The notes: generated from the letters alone by a model not told the origin. A stretch of DNA of 64,000 nt from a virus (IMGVR_UViG_3300037067_017823:1-64000), one strand, 5' to 3'. Positions 39,601-49,876 are shown, counted from the stretch's first letter. Program-made: numbers and translations.

Positions 39601-39771
39601 TACGAATTCTGGAGAAAGCTCTGTCTTATTATGTGCTAGATCCCCAACAATAACAACTGCATCTGGTTTAATAACTTCGAGTCTTTTGTAAAACTCAGAA
39701 AAAACTTCTCTATATTGTTCGTGACGAATTGCATTGTGAATATGCACATCAGCAAGGTGTACTATAATCAT
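36685..39771 (-). CDS. Fused SbcD-SbcC (T4 gp47/gp46, Mre11-Rad50-like) recombination nuclease/ATPase
   Basis: HLADVH, GDLAH, GNHD, GDIHK phosphoesterase motifs; AENRMGKS Walker A, coiled coil, LESGAE signature, IIDEAFGAFD, VITH. Confidence 0.9.
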   Translation of the reverse strand: MIIVHLADVHIHNAIRHEQYREVFSEFYKRLEVIKPDAVVIVGDLAHNKTELSPEFVDLCSEFLINVSRLTKRLDLVVGNHDCNLKNRNRQNAISPIVSLIKRTNIENLTLFKKSGIYDINDKFRYVVYSILDDEKPVVDNSDKVTIALFHDIVDSAITDLDFSLSSNYKLDYFDGCDIGMFGDIHKGQSLDKEGRFRYAGSFIQQNAGESLDKGFLVWDIEDKNKFSVKKEFIYPKGLYCSLTIDENFNITESTKLLNNSNIKVYYPASIDKKKLHEFVSSLYTKYDANEVTPIKNNNISINSQKQNSKISFSLEKYLENKNIDLKEQIVALDRDIETKIDVGLFANRGLIWEIKELSWSNILAYGEDNKIDFTKLNGVTGVIAENRMGKSSLIDIILWTLFNETSKKSKKSSWIIHHGKKDAISKMLISTNTGDEYVIERKITRKKDSASTSVDFKKISGGIEISLNGIDRNETDRNIRQIFGTFDSFIMTSLAPSGMMNNFVKNIESERLNVLSTFLGLDVYKAKYKIAKEESDDLKSAIKAYKDVDFDKQIFEATSEVAIQETQYDVISRELENKKEKLSNVVSKIFELKSSLNNGIDVKESIDLLTEKKNELDVKVNNCNISLDEENKNVGEYLGKIFFLSEACSQINVDSSIEQSYSLNQKIIDKIENALIIVSKQKENIVKATSILDKVNCDRADCIFIKDAIEKKTELLKVDNEIENLTNELKSSSERKIEIENEYNKYKINKAKKESIQKEISSLNSKVNKSNSNINSVQQQLNNILNTLKTIQEKIDKVNKNKELIEQNNRINTEISTITSEQKEIENSVVQVEKKHNLIVQSIGAAKAKLQQSTDSKFKFFETKKKYDAYEKYLELTSRTGIQLEAIVENLEIINTEIHNVLVENGFSFDVLLEENEEKSGIELFIKDGDQKVHLELESGAEEAISSMAIRLALINICTLPKMSGFIIDEAFGAFDSKLLPKFTSIFDYIRKYFKNVIVITHISAIKDIVDSRIEIQRTDKESKIFV

Positions 39772-40699
39772 TCATCTCTCCCATTTTTATATTGAATAAG
39801 AACCGATCATCAACAGTCATTGCACTACTTCTTCTTGAAATAAATTCGTCTTTCGACATTTCTCCAACATCTTTATATGGTCTTACATCTATGAACTTAA
39901 CTGTAAGATCATATTGTAATAGCTTCTTACAAATTCTAACTAGTTTCGAATTGTTATCTTCAAATTTGTATGTATCAGGATCGAGAACAAGAAATATTTC
40001 TGGACATTTTTGTTTCACGCACTTTTCTATTAAGTTTTCATATACAGAAGATCCAAGAAGAGGAATAGAGTTTCTTCCACAAACAAACGAATCAAAGATT
40101 CCTTCACAAATTGTAATCGGCTTCGAGAAATCTATATTTTGTTCATTAAAGATTATGTTCTGTCTTTCAGCTGTAGGGTTTTTATGTTTTTGTCGGCTTT
40201 CTGAACTCAAGAATAATCGTGTTACAAAGTAGTTTAGTTTCCCATTAGAATCGAATGATGGAAATATTATTCTGCCCCTATATTCGCCAGATTCACAATA
40301 ACCGATTTTGTTTCTTAGAATCTGTAAGTCTTCTACGTTTCTACTCCTAAGATATGCTAGAGCTTGATTGTAAAAAATTGATTTTTGTTTGTAACAAAGC
40401 GGAAGAAATTCGTCTGGAAGTTTTACGATCTGAGCTTGTTGTTTGTTTTCCTCGAAGATTTCCTCGACATGATAATGAGTGTTTTTTAGAAGCGACGTAT
40501 CGAACTTAAGTTTTTTGAAAAGAGAGTGAATAGAACGCGCAGATAGATCACAAATCCAACAGTGACACTTTTGCGTGATTAAGTTGATACAGAGCTTTCT
40601 TTTATGATGGTCATGCTTAGGACAGAAAAACGCAATTTCATCACCCTTAATGTAACCTTCTTCGTTGAACGCTCTTCTTAAAATATCTACGAGATCCAC
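39749..40699 (-). CDS. DNA primase (Zn-binding + TOPRIM)
   Basis: CPKHDHHKRKLCIN...CHCWIC; YLRSRN; RIIFPSFD; ICEGIFDS; LDPD. Confidence 0.9.
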   Translation of the reverse strand: MDLVDILRRAFNEEGYIKGDEIAFFCPKHDHHKRKLCINLITQKCHCWICDLSARSIHSLFKKLKFDTSLLKNTHYHVEEIFEENKQQAQIVKLPDEFLPLCYKQKSIFYNQALAYLRSRNVEDLQILRNKIGYCESGEYRGRIIFPSFDSNGKLNYFVTRLFLSSESRQKHKNPTAERQNIIFNEQNIDFSKPITICEGIFDSFVCGRNSIPLLGSSVYENLIEKCVKQKCPEIFLVLDPDTYKFEDNNSKLVRICKKLLQYDLTVKFIDVRPYKDVGEMSKDEFISRRSSAMTVDDRFLFNIKMGEMNDYSTPC

Positions 40700-40713
40700 A
40701 GGGTTATTATATG

Positions 40714-41235
40714 TTATGAGGTTTGTTTTGTTTTTTTAACAATAGCGAGATTAATAGCTATCGCATCTGAAACGTCCCAATTTCTTTTATCGATGTTATC
40801 GTTTCTATTGAGAAGAACAAATAGATTATTACTTTTGTCAATAAAATCAAATATTTGCTGCTTTTTATCAACACTAGAATTTTTATCAATTTTTATTCCG
40901 ATTATTTTTCTAACAGATGAAGCGTTTATATATTCTGGATATAGTTTATACTTCTCAAATAGAAAGAACGAAAATGAAGCATTCATCTTTGCTAAAGTTA
41001 TTATTGTATTAATAGAAGATAAACCATAAGAGAAACTTTTGAGACTTTCTTCTATTACAACTTTATCTACATTTTGCGGGAATTCAAAAATATCTTTGAA
41101 TGCAACAATCTTATTTAGTAAAAACTCTGAATCTATTTTTGATATATCGACGAATCCATATCGAGTAATGTTTCCATTATCAGTTAGACAATAACCTATA
41201 CAAGAACTGCTAACGTCGAATGTTAGGATAATCAC
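40714..41235 (-). CDS. RuvC-like Holliday junction resolvase
   Basis: ILTFDVSSSCIGY, VVIEE, DVSDAIAI acidic RNase H-fold motifs. Confidence 0.8.
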   Translation of the reverse strand: MIILTFDVSSSCIGYCLTDNGNITRYGFVDISKIDSEFLLNKIVAFKDIFEFPQNVDKVVIEESLKSFSYGLSSINTIITLAKMNASFSFFLFEKYKLYPEYINASSVRKIIGIKIDKNSSVDKKQQIFDFIDKSNNLFVLLNRNDNIDKRNWDVSDAIAINLAIVKKTKQTS

Positions 41236-42905
41236 AGATCTATTCTCAATTTAAAGAGCAGTTTGTCGTTTGGAAGCTTTCTAATTGGAGAAGCAAATTT
41301 TGTAGCACCAACAAGTTTATATTCTTTGTCATATAAACCAATACCAGTTATCCATGTCTTATCTTCAGAACCTGTATATATTTTTATCTTCTCATTATTT
41401 TCTGCAAGAGTATAAGCCGACTCATTATTTGAAAAATTAGCTTCATGATCTTTGATGTGACAAAAAACGTTTTGAACGTATATGTTGTTTGATCCCGTAA
41501 ATGAAATTTCATATGTTATATCAGAAGATGTTATTGGCCACGATCCAGTAAATAGTGAATTTGTTAAAAATGCAATACCTTCAGAATAGAAAATATTTCC
41601 TATTTTCGAATCACAGTTTGCAGTTAGACAGTTATGCAAGCATGTTGGTGGTGGATAACCTATTACAGAAGACGTAGTAGCTCCAATCACAGTATCATAT
41701 GTTGAACCTATTTCTTCATGAACGGTTGGTCCTGCAAAAATTTCATCAAGCCACCAATGTTTAACAAGCGACTCTGTGCTTACAATTGTTCCACTGTAAT
41801 CATCAGTGATTTCACCTGCAGTCCAAGAACGAGAATAAATTCTCATATCATATAGACAACCAGGAAATGGATGTAAAATTGATGGTGTGTCGTTGTAAAC
41901 ACCTATAAACATGTTTCCAGCATCGATTGACATAGAACCAACTGTTCTCGTTCCGTGATTTGCACCGTCTACGTAATATGTAACTTCGTTCGATGAAGAA
42001 TTATAAATCATTACAGTTCGATACCATGTTCCTATCGAAACTTCTTTTGTTGATAATGGAGTTACAGTTGAGTTGCCACCACCAAAATACAAGATTGGTT
42101 CAACCATTTCTGGCGGTTCAGTAAACCATTGTGGTCCCCAACCTTTTTCCCAAGTTGGCCAATATGGCGACATATATATTTGAGAAGGCCAGTCAGGAAC
42201 CCATTGTTCTTCGTGTGGCGGCCAACCGAGAACGTCTGCATTTCCAAAAGAACCGCTTTCGGCAAAAACACCAAAAACAACAGTATCAAACCCAGTATTA
42301 TACCCGCCACCAGCAAGAGCAATATGAGAATATCCTATTCCATTTATTCCAGTTAGTTTCAACCAACAAGCAATTGTAAATGAACTTGTTACAACCGGAG
42401 CTGTTGAGACTACTCTATCATCGATGCCATCAAAACAGGTAACGTTTAAGCTACTAGAATTAAAATAACAATTTGAATAAAGAGAACCATAGCCATCGTC
42501 CCATACATATCTTTTTTGTCCAGAACTAGAAATTTCTGTTACTCGAAACTTGCTTCTTACGATTTCTTTTCCGAAGAATGCTTTTGGAATATCAGCAACG
42601 CTCATACTTCCAGTATATTGAGCCAGAGATTCATAATCTGCCCAATAACCTCCGAAATAATTTTGTAACTGATTTACTGTCCGACCTCTACTCGAAGCTA
42701 TATCTACGTCATTATAAATATTTAGAGAAGATGTTGTTCTTCTTAAAGGTTCATCAGTTGTTATGTAGTAATATGAATGACTATCGTTGTAATAGTCTCT
42801 AAATGATAGATATTGAGAACTTGTATTTGTTATTCTGTATTCTGGAAATGCCTCAATTTGAGTTACAAAGGTGTCTCTATTCTTATTGAGGCGATAGTAT
42901 GTCAT
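41232..42905 (-). CDS. Virion (tail/baseplate) protein with a LamG/concanavalin-like domain
   Basis: FTIACWLK...WYRTVMIY...YYVDG...GCLYDMRIYSR; C-terminal ITGIGLYD...LVGATKFASPIRK...FKLRIDL. Confidence 0.75.
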   Translation of the reverse strand: MTYYRLNKNRDTFVTQIEAFPEYRITNTSSQYLSFRDYYNDSHSYYYITTDEPLRRTTSSLNIYNDVDIASSRGRTVNQLQNYFGGYWADYESLAQYTGSMSVADIPKAFFGKEIVRSKFRVTEISSSGQKRYVWDDGYGSLYSNCYFNSSSLNVTCFDGIDDRVVSTAPVVTSSFTIACWLKLTGINGIGYSHIALAGGGYNTGFDTVVFGVFAESGSFGNADVLGWPPHEEQWVPDWPSQIYMSPYWPTWEKGWGPQWFTEPPEMVEPILYFGGGNSTVTPLSTKEVSIGTWYRTVMIYNSSSNEVTYYVDGANHGTRTVGSMSIDAGNMFIGVYNDTPSILHPFPGCLYDMRIYSRSWTAGEITDDYSGTIVSTESLVKHWWLDEIFAGPTVHEEIGSTYDTVIGATTSSVIGYPPPTCLHNCLTANCDSKIGNIFYSEGIAFLTNSLFTGSWPITSSDITYEISFTGSNNIYVQNVFCHIKDHEANFSNNESAYTLAENNEKIKIYTGSEDKTWITGIGLYDKEYKLVGATKFASPIRKLPNDKLLFKLRIDL

Positions 42906-42923
42906 TTCTCAACATCGAACTTC

Positions 42924-43103
42924 TTATTCAAAGAGTTTTTCTATTGTCTTTATTAATTCTTTTTTGTCACCTATTATTTTGATCGCCCCACCGAAATCGT
43001 CTTTAATCTCTAACCACAAAGACTCTTCATCTCTGAACAAAGAAAAAATAGGACAGCAAGAACCCGGTCGGCAATAGCTCAGTTCTTTTATTTTCTCTTT
43101 CAT
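42924..43103 (-). CDS. Small Cys-containing hypothetical protein (59 aa)
   Basis: Not in track. MKEKIKELSYCRPGSCCP...EIKDDFGGAIKI...; AAGGAA RBS. Confidence 0.7.
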   Translation of the reverse strand: MKEKIKELSYCRPGSCCPIFSLFRDEESLWLEIKDDFGGAIKIIGDKKELIKTIEKLFE

Positions 43104-43118
43104 ATATTTATTCCTTTC

Positions 43119-44579
43119 TTAAAATAAGTCATAATCAATATTGTTTAGCTTATTAATTATTTCTGAGTTCAATTTATCGTCACAGCAACTAAAGAAACTG
43201 TTGAGGAGTTGTTTATTTTTAGTGCAACATTTAATGTCTATGTCACTGAATCTAAGCACATGTTGGCCATTGTTTAAAACCCATTCGTTAAACGATCTAT
43301 CTTTTAGTAACGTCTTATAAATAGTTCTATCTCTCGGTGTCTTAAATTGTTTAATTTCTTCTTCATCTCTACCAAGACCATGCCAGTATGAATCAACGAG
43401 AATGATTACTTCTTCATTTTTGTCAGTCTTCACAAGAAAATCAACACAGAGATTTTGATCCTCTCCAAACGGTACATTTTGTTGACGAAGAATAGTCCAG
43501 TCAAGAGGAAACTTTCTACACATAAGTTGATAGAGAAAATCTTCAGAAGCACTCTTTCCATATGTTCCATTTCGTTTCATTGTCTGATGTCTTATAATTG
43601 CCGCTTTTTTATAAGAACCTCTTTCTAACATATGCAATTTTCTTTTTGCTTGAGCTTCAGGAGAGTTGCATTTATCTCGAACTTTTTCAGTCTTTAATAT
43701 ATTATCAACACCATAGTTTTTAATAAACGTTTCTTTTATTTTTTCTTTTACATCTTCTCTTTGACCATGACATTCAACACCATATTCTAATAAACAATCT
43801 TGTTGTATCTGTTTTTTAACTTCAGGATTTTGCATCGCATTCTTATAACCAGTTTTTTCAAAATAAGTATCTTCCATTTTCTTTACAACATCTTCTGAAC
43901 AAGCTGGAGCATTTCCACCATATCTATCATTATTTGTTTCTATACGCTGTGGCATTCCTTTTGCAATTCGTTCCTTCGCTCTATCTGAATCATAAAATCC
44001 GTTTTCCCACTTTTTTTCTTCTGCTTTTCTTATCGCTTCGTCTCTTTTTTGTGATGGCGTTTTTCTAAACAAAACACCAGCATCGCTCCAAGTTTTTACA
44101 ATATTTTTAAATTGCTCTGACTCAAAATATCCATTGTCTTTTTTTGTTTCTATCGATTTTTTAGCTCTCTCTTTTGATTTGACGCTGTCGTAAAAACCAT
44201 CTTGTCTCTTTTTTTCAGCAATTTCAAAACGAACACTGGGATTGTCTTCGTGCCACTTTTTAGTTCCTTCTGAAATGCTCTTCGCAAAATCTTTATTTCC
44301 TTTTAATCGATTATAATGACCATTTTCTCTATTTGTTTTTCCAATTTTCTTTCCGCGATCTTGAAACGATTTTTTAACACATTCTTTGTTATAACAAATT
44401 TTCCTAGTTTTTCGTGATGATAATTTACGATAAAATTCTTTATTACAATATTTACAAACAACTATTTCGTCTGTATGAAACATGAAAGCATACTGTTCTC
44501 TTGTTAATTTGTGCTCTTTTTCTAAATGAGCATTAAAATGAGCAACTTCTTTATTGCAAATCTGACAGATTGTTTTCAT
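43119..44579 (-). mobile_element. Free-standing homing endonuclease-like gene (C2H2, repeats, Vsr/DUF559-like variant)
   Basis: CQICNK...HLEKEH; xxGFYDS repeats; YGVDNILK; YGKSASE; DFLV...LVDSYWHGL. Confidence 0.8.
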
Positions 44580-44598
44580 CTGATTGTTTTAAAAATGA

Positions 44599-45606
44599 TT
44601 AAAAATCGATTCGAACCGTAAAAATCAAACTCACTTCTGGAGTTTTAAGTATGGGAATCGATGTTTTTGCAACTGCAAGAAGATTCGATAAGTCGTCGAA
44701 TAAGCCTATCGTAGTTAAGTATGTCCTACTCTGAACATTTGTGAGAGCAAGAGAACCACTCATTACTCGAATTAGTCCATTATTATCTGTAAATGTTGGG
44801 TTGCTCGAATAGTTGAAATCTTTATCTAGTAATATACATTTATAAGCAGTCGAATGAATTCTTGTTGCTGGATGAATATTCATAAGCTGAACGTGATTCT
44901 TTGCTCCATCTGTAACATGATCTATCGTGCTTCCTGTAAGTAGATCATTCATATGCCACGAACCAGAGAAATATGGTCCATACATCGAGGCAGTAGTAAG
45001 AGCTATAACACCAGCATTATAAAACGCAAGACCTACAACAGCACCATTTGAGCACGAGTAAATTGGTCCATAATTTCCAGCATATTCTTCTGCAATTGTT
45101 GTTCCACATGTATCAGAGGCGGTTAATGTTGAAACTGGTCCTTCTGTTGAAGCGGATATCCACATTGTTACATATCTGTCGCGAATATAATCTTTAAAGA
45201 CGTTTCTCTTGAGAGTGATAAAGAATAAATCAGTATATGTAGTTCCTGCCCATGAAAACTGTTTTGTTGTTGAACCGAGCAGAGTTGAAGCCATAATCTT
45301 ATAGATATTTGCTTTTTCATCTCTTTGAACAACTGTTGACGCATACCAAGTTGATCCGGTTGACATTCCGTAAGTGATGTCACAAAGAGCATTTGTTGAA
45401 GCAAGAGTTATCGGAGTTTGGTCGTATATGGTTTGAAAATAACCGAGATACCCAGTTAGTGAATTTGACAAATGATAATATGAACTGTTGTTGTATTTTC
45501 TGCAGTAGTTATCATCAGTGAACGAATTTGAATAAATGTAAACATTTTCAAAGAGCGTGTTTTCTCTTTGCCCAATATCATTTTTAAGATCGAAAGATTT
45601 AAACAT
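44599..45606 (-). CDS. Virion (tail/baseplate) structural protein
   Basis: FNYSSNPTF...YLTTIGLFDD...LLAVAKTSIP...VRIDF C-terminus, paralogous to that of 41232-42905. Confidence 0.75.
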   Translation of the reverse strand: MFKSFDLKNDIGQRENTLFENVYIYSNSFTDDNYCRKYNNSSYYHLSNSLTGYLGYFQTIYDQTPITLASTNALCDITYGMSTGSTWYASTVVQRDEKANIYKIMASTLLGSTTKQFSWAGTTYTDLFFITLKRNVFKDYIRDRYVTMWISASTEGPVSTLTASDTCGTTIAEEYAGNYGPIYSCSNGAVVGLAFYNAGVIALTTASMYGPYFSGSWHMNDLLTGSTIDHVTDGAKNHVQLMNIHPATRIHSTAYKCILLDKDFNYSSNPTFTDNNGLIRVMSGSLALTNVQSRTYLTTIGLFDDLSNLLAVAKTSIPILKTPEVSLIFTVRIDF

Positions 45607-46656
45607 CTAAAATGCTCCTATTTTTCTTAGATTATGACTTTTGAAATAAGTATTCAGTTTATCAAAAAGAAAGTCTATGTCATCACTTTTTCCACAAACA
45701 AAATGCGGAATTAAATTTTCTTTACCATTTATAAAAGACTCAAAATTAATATCATTAAAACGGATTAAGTTTATATTATTTTTCATACAGTGTTTTTCAA
45801 ATAAAATATCGCGCTCGATAGTTTTTATTATAGTTTTCTTTTGTGGAGTATTGTTGATATCTTTAAGATTTTTTTTCAAGCCATGATAATATAAACCATC
45901 GAACGGGACAATGTAAATTTTATTTTCGAGTTTTAATATTATGTCGCTTGTAAATGAACTGTCTAATTTTTCGTTTAAGAAAACTTTTCCTTCTTCAGAA
46001 TTCATCTTTACTTGTTGAAATATATTTTTGTCACTAAAAATTAAATGAGCAAGCCAAGAAAAAGCAAGTTCAGCATTTGAAACACATCGATATGTCCCAT
46101 TTCTTTTTCTAGTATCATGAACTTTTTGAACCCAAGAGTTAACATTTTCTTTAGATCTGTTTTTCCACATCTTTTTATTTTTTCTTGAAAAGAAACCGGG
46201 ATCGCGCTCTTTTCTATTTTCAGTCCACTTTTTAGCAGCACCAAAATACTTCTCTGGATTTTTTGCGTGATCGATTCTGATTTTTTCAGCAAATATGATA
46301 TCAGAACCATTCTTCAACATTGTATTTCTTCGTTTTTTCGATCTCTCTTCTATAGTTCCGTTTTTTCTCATAGTACTGAACTGTTTTTGTCTAGCTTTAT
46401 CATATGAGCCATCTAAATTCATTTGTTTAACTTTATATTCATGTCGACACTTCTTACAAGCTTTATATTTTAGATTTTTCCACCACTTTTTCGCTATAAA
46501 AAACCCATCACCACAAACAGGACAAATAAACCATTCTTCAGTTTTATAGGTTTCAGCATATTTCTCTTTTGTTAGCTTATGCGTCCATCTAATGTGACTA
46601 GCAAGAGACCATACAGAGTCACATTCTTTTCCACAAGCTTGACAAAAGAAATTCAT
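45607..46656 (-). mobile_element. Free-standing homing endonuclease-like gene (C2H2 + Vsr/DUF559-like variant)
   Basis: CQACGK...HIRWTH; VSNAE; DIIL...PFDGLYYHGL; TAG stop abuts the next ATG. Confidence 0.8.
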
Positions 46657-46660
46657 ATTT

Positions 46661-47377
46661 TTAAGAACTGCTTTCAGTTAGTGTTATAGCAATAGTTGTG
46701 TGAAGACCACTTGTTGTTCCTGTAAATTTAGCAAGAGTTGTAATTTGTCTATTAGGAGCAACCGTTCCAGAATTTGCATATGATGACCACTGTTCTGATG
46801 TTACTTCTCTGCTTCTAAAATAAACATTGCAGCTATTTACGTTTGTAATCTGTGTTGAATTTGTTGGTGCAATATAACTACCGATGTTATATGCGGAAAT
46901 ATTAACGAGATCAACTTTATCACAGATAAGTAAATCGTCATCAACTTGAACGATGAATGACGGATCCCATATTTGAGACGGAATTGACGCGACATCATTT
47001 GTAATCATTTTTTGTGAAACAGTAACAACGAATGAGTTTTTTATTGCATCTCTATAATACTTTGTTACAGTTGTAGGTTCTGTAACTATTTTGGGAAGAT
47101 ATTTAAGATTTGGAATATCGCAAGACATAGCAGGATATTTTAATGCAAACGATTCGTTAATGAAACCCTCAAAAACAGGAGAGACGAGAATAGCCGCATC
47201 TTCAGCTCCTGGGTTTGCTGGATTCCAAAGGTTGTAATCAATCTCATCATCTGAAGCAGTCCAACGTGTAATTGCAAACGAGCCATCACCTCTCGAAATA
47301 AATTGACGGCCCAGGTCAGTAAGAACGGCATCAATTATTACAGTCGATGTCGGAAAATCACTGTTAAGAAAGCCCAT
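46661..47377 (-). CDS. Virion structural protein (tail/baseplate region)
   Basis: MGFLN...IDAVLTDLGRQFISRGDGSF...DDEIDYNLW motif. Confidence 0.75.
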   Translation of the reverse strand: MGFLNSDFPTSTVIIDAVLTDLGRQFISRGDGSFAITRWTASDDEIDYNLWNPANPGAEDAAILVSPVFEGFINESFALKYPAMSCDIPNLKYLPKIVTEPTTVTKYYRDAIKNSFVVTVSQKMITNDVASIPSQIWDPSFIVQVDDDLLICDKVDLVNISAYNIGSYIAPTNSTQITNVNSCNVYFRSREVTSEQWSSYANSGTVAPNRQITTLAKFTGTTSGLHTTIAITLTESSS

Positions 47378-48350
47378 AGTTCTTCTCCTTTAGCGAATTT
47401 AAAAATCTATCTATATCATTGCTTTTTCCGCAGACATAGTACGGAATCAGTTTTTCTTTTTTTGATAAAAACATTTTAAAGTTGATATCATTGAATCTTA
47501 ATAAGTTGATATCATTTTTTTGACAAAAGTCTTCCAAATTTCTGTCTCTATAATAAGTATCAAATATAGTTTTGTCTGTGAGTGTTCTACATTTTGCTAT
47601 TTCAGTAATCGGCCGATCAAGACCATGATAATAAATTCCATCAAAACATACGAAATACATATCGTCTACAACAAAGTCAAAATTGTGATAACCTTTCATG
47701 AACTTAAATAAGCCTTCTTTTTTCTCATTCAGTGTTGAAACTTGTCTATTCACTTTAGTAAATTTGTCTTTCAATAAATTATAGAAAAAGTCTTCAGCCT
47801 TGCTTTTACCGTATGATTTATTGTTTTTTAAAGTCTGGTGTCTTTTTAAAATCATTCGATCATAGGTGCCATCACTTCTACATCTATCGTAGACACCCTT
47901 ATTAACTCTTGTTAGGTGGGCTTTAACGCCAGATTTTTTAAAAGAATCAATGTCATTTTTCTTTCTTGTCATAGCAGTTTTGAGAGCCGAGTTTATACCT
48001 CTTGCTTTTCTAGTTTTAGCAGACTTTGTAGCTATTTCATTTCTAATCTTTAATTCGTCGAGCCGCTTATTTAATAAAGCGCCCGATCTTAAAAATGAAC
48101 CATTTTCTATCATTTTTTTTACTGAATTCTTTTTGGAACACTCTCTGCACATCTGCTGTTTTCTTTTTCGCTGTTGAGCCATTGACCTATAAAAAGCTTT
48201 CCCACAGCTACACTCAATTAATTCTTCGGTTTTATATTTTTCAGCGTATGTTTTTTTATCAATGTCTTTATGTTTCTGCCCTATGTGAGTATTCAAAGAA
48301 ACAATATTTTTGAAGCTTTTGTTACAAATTTTACAATCACAAATCATCAT
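47364..48350 (-). mobile_element. Free-standing homing endonuclease-like gene (C2H2 + Vsr/DUF559-like variant)
   Basis: CKICNK...HIGQKH; YGKSKAE; FDFVV...CFDGIYYHGLDRP; 3' end overlaps the next gene start. Confidence 0.8.
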
Positions 48351-48385
48351 GGTTAATTATAAACACAATATATTTTTTTGATACG

Positions 48386-49876
48386 TTAAAATCTACCTGT
48401 CCCACGTCTTATTGAAGACAAAATATCTGATGTCTTATTTGCAACTCCATAAACAACATCATGAACAGTTAGTTTATTGTGTTGTATTGTTAAGTTGATT
48501 GTAAATATTTTTCCAGTATTCAAATCTTTTATTGTCAAAAGTAACGTGTTGTCTCTATTCTTAAATGGTTCCTTTATTCCTATATGAGTTCCAACAAATA
48601 GATTGATTTGATCTTTGTTAAGTATTATTTTATTGTTAAGTGAGTATTTTTTATTTAATTGATTTCCACATTCACCTGAAATGAAAACTGGATCTATTTC
48701 TCTTTCTTTACAACCATAATTTTTATTTAGTTTCACCAATATTGTTTTTGATGTTTTTGAAACGAGATCATGAAAATCAACAGCTCGAACGGCAAATGCT
48801 AAACCTTCATCTTTTGATTCTTGTAGTAAATCATCAGTAACATAAAAATTATATTTCGGAATTCTAGTTTTTGTAATAAGAGAAAACTCTCCATCTTTGA
48901 ATCTAAAAAATTCAAACTCTTTAACATCGTTTTGAATTGAACCATCTGAGCTATATGTAGATGGCCAATACCATGTGAAGAACATCGTTCTATTTAAAGT
49001 GTTTACTATACACGATAGATTTGTTGGACAACCTGGAGCAACAACATCCATGATCGGCATTGCTTCAACAAATTCAGTAAATTCACTATGAAATAACTCT
49101 TCGAAGTTTCCACCAAAAATTGCAGGAGCAGCTTCTGATTCAAATGATGGAACACTTTCGAGAGTGCGTCTTGGTCTGTCAGCTAATGATACGCCACCAC
49201 TACTTATTATTACTGGTGCCGGTGGAGGAGTTGGTACTGGAACACCTATGAGCCACTCATCAATAAATTGTACTTCTAATCCTGCTGGTCTTGGAAGCGA
49301 AAAACTTAATGACTGATCGTGCGCAACAGCTCCAGCAGCAAATGTTGGAAGCGCACCATAAAGAGTACCATTAATTGTTACTGATACTAAACCAGAAGTA
49401 GAATCATACTCCATCAGAATATCAAGTGTCGTTCCAGGTACTGGTGTTAAGTCGACACCAGTTGCAATGTCGCCAAGCCCAAAAATATCTAGCTCTCTTT
49501 GAATATTCCATAAACTAAATCCACGATCCCAATATAAAGCAAGAGCATTTCCAAGGCCAGAATCAGGAGACCCACCATTGAAAGTAAAAATACGATTAGA
49601 TGCAACAGAAACGTCTGGGACAAATTTTATTTGCGTTTTCCAACTACCTGTTCCAATACTACCAGCAGTTATGACAGGATATATTTGAGTAAACGCTACG
49701 CCATCGTGAATTTCTATTCGTTTGTTTGTAACATCTCGTAGATAATTTACACCCCACGCACCTACTGGGAATGCACTCCAATCAACTCCTTCTGTAGCAG
49801 CATCAAACCATCCAGATATATCGAGACCTTCTGTGAAAGCTAAAATTGACCACAGTGGTGAAGTCGGAATTGCCAT
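48386..49876 (-). CDS. Virion protein: lectin-like beta domain, Pro linker, FN3-like domain
   Basis: Beta-rich N-half, PVPTPPPAP linker, APGCPTNL...FTWYWP...FAVRAVD. Confidence 0.6.
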   Translation of the reverse strand: MAIPTSPLWSILAFTEGLDISGWFDAATEGVDWSAFPVGAWGVNYLRDVTNKRIEIHDGVAFTQIYPVITAGSIGTGSWKTQIKFVPDVSVASNRIFTFNGGSPDSGLGNALALYWDRGFSLWNIQRELDIFGLGDIATGVDLTPVPGTTLDILMEYDSTSGLVSVTINGTLYGALPTFAAGAVAHDQSLSFSLPRPAGLEVQFIDEWLIGVPVPTPPPAPVIISSGGVSLADRPRRTLESVPSFESEAAPAIFGGNFEELFHSEFTEFVEAMPIMDVVAPGCPTNLSCIVNTLNRTMFFTWYWPSTYSSDGSIQNDVKEFEFFRFKDGEFSLITKTRIPKYNFYVTDDLLQESKDEGLAFAVRAVDFHDLVSKTSKTILVKLNKNYGCKEREIDPVFISGECGNQLNKKYSLNNKIILNKDQINLFVGTHIGIKEPFKNRDNTLLLTIKDLNTGKIFTINLTIQHNKLTVHDVVYGVANKTSDILSSIRRGTGRF

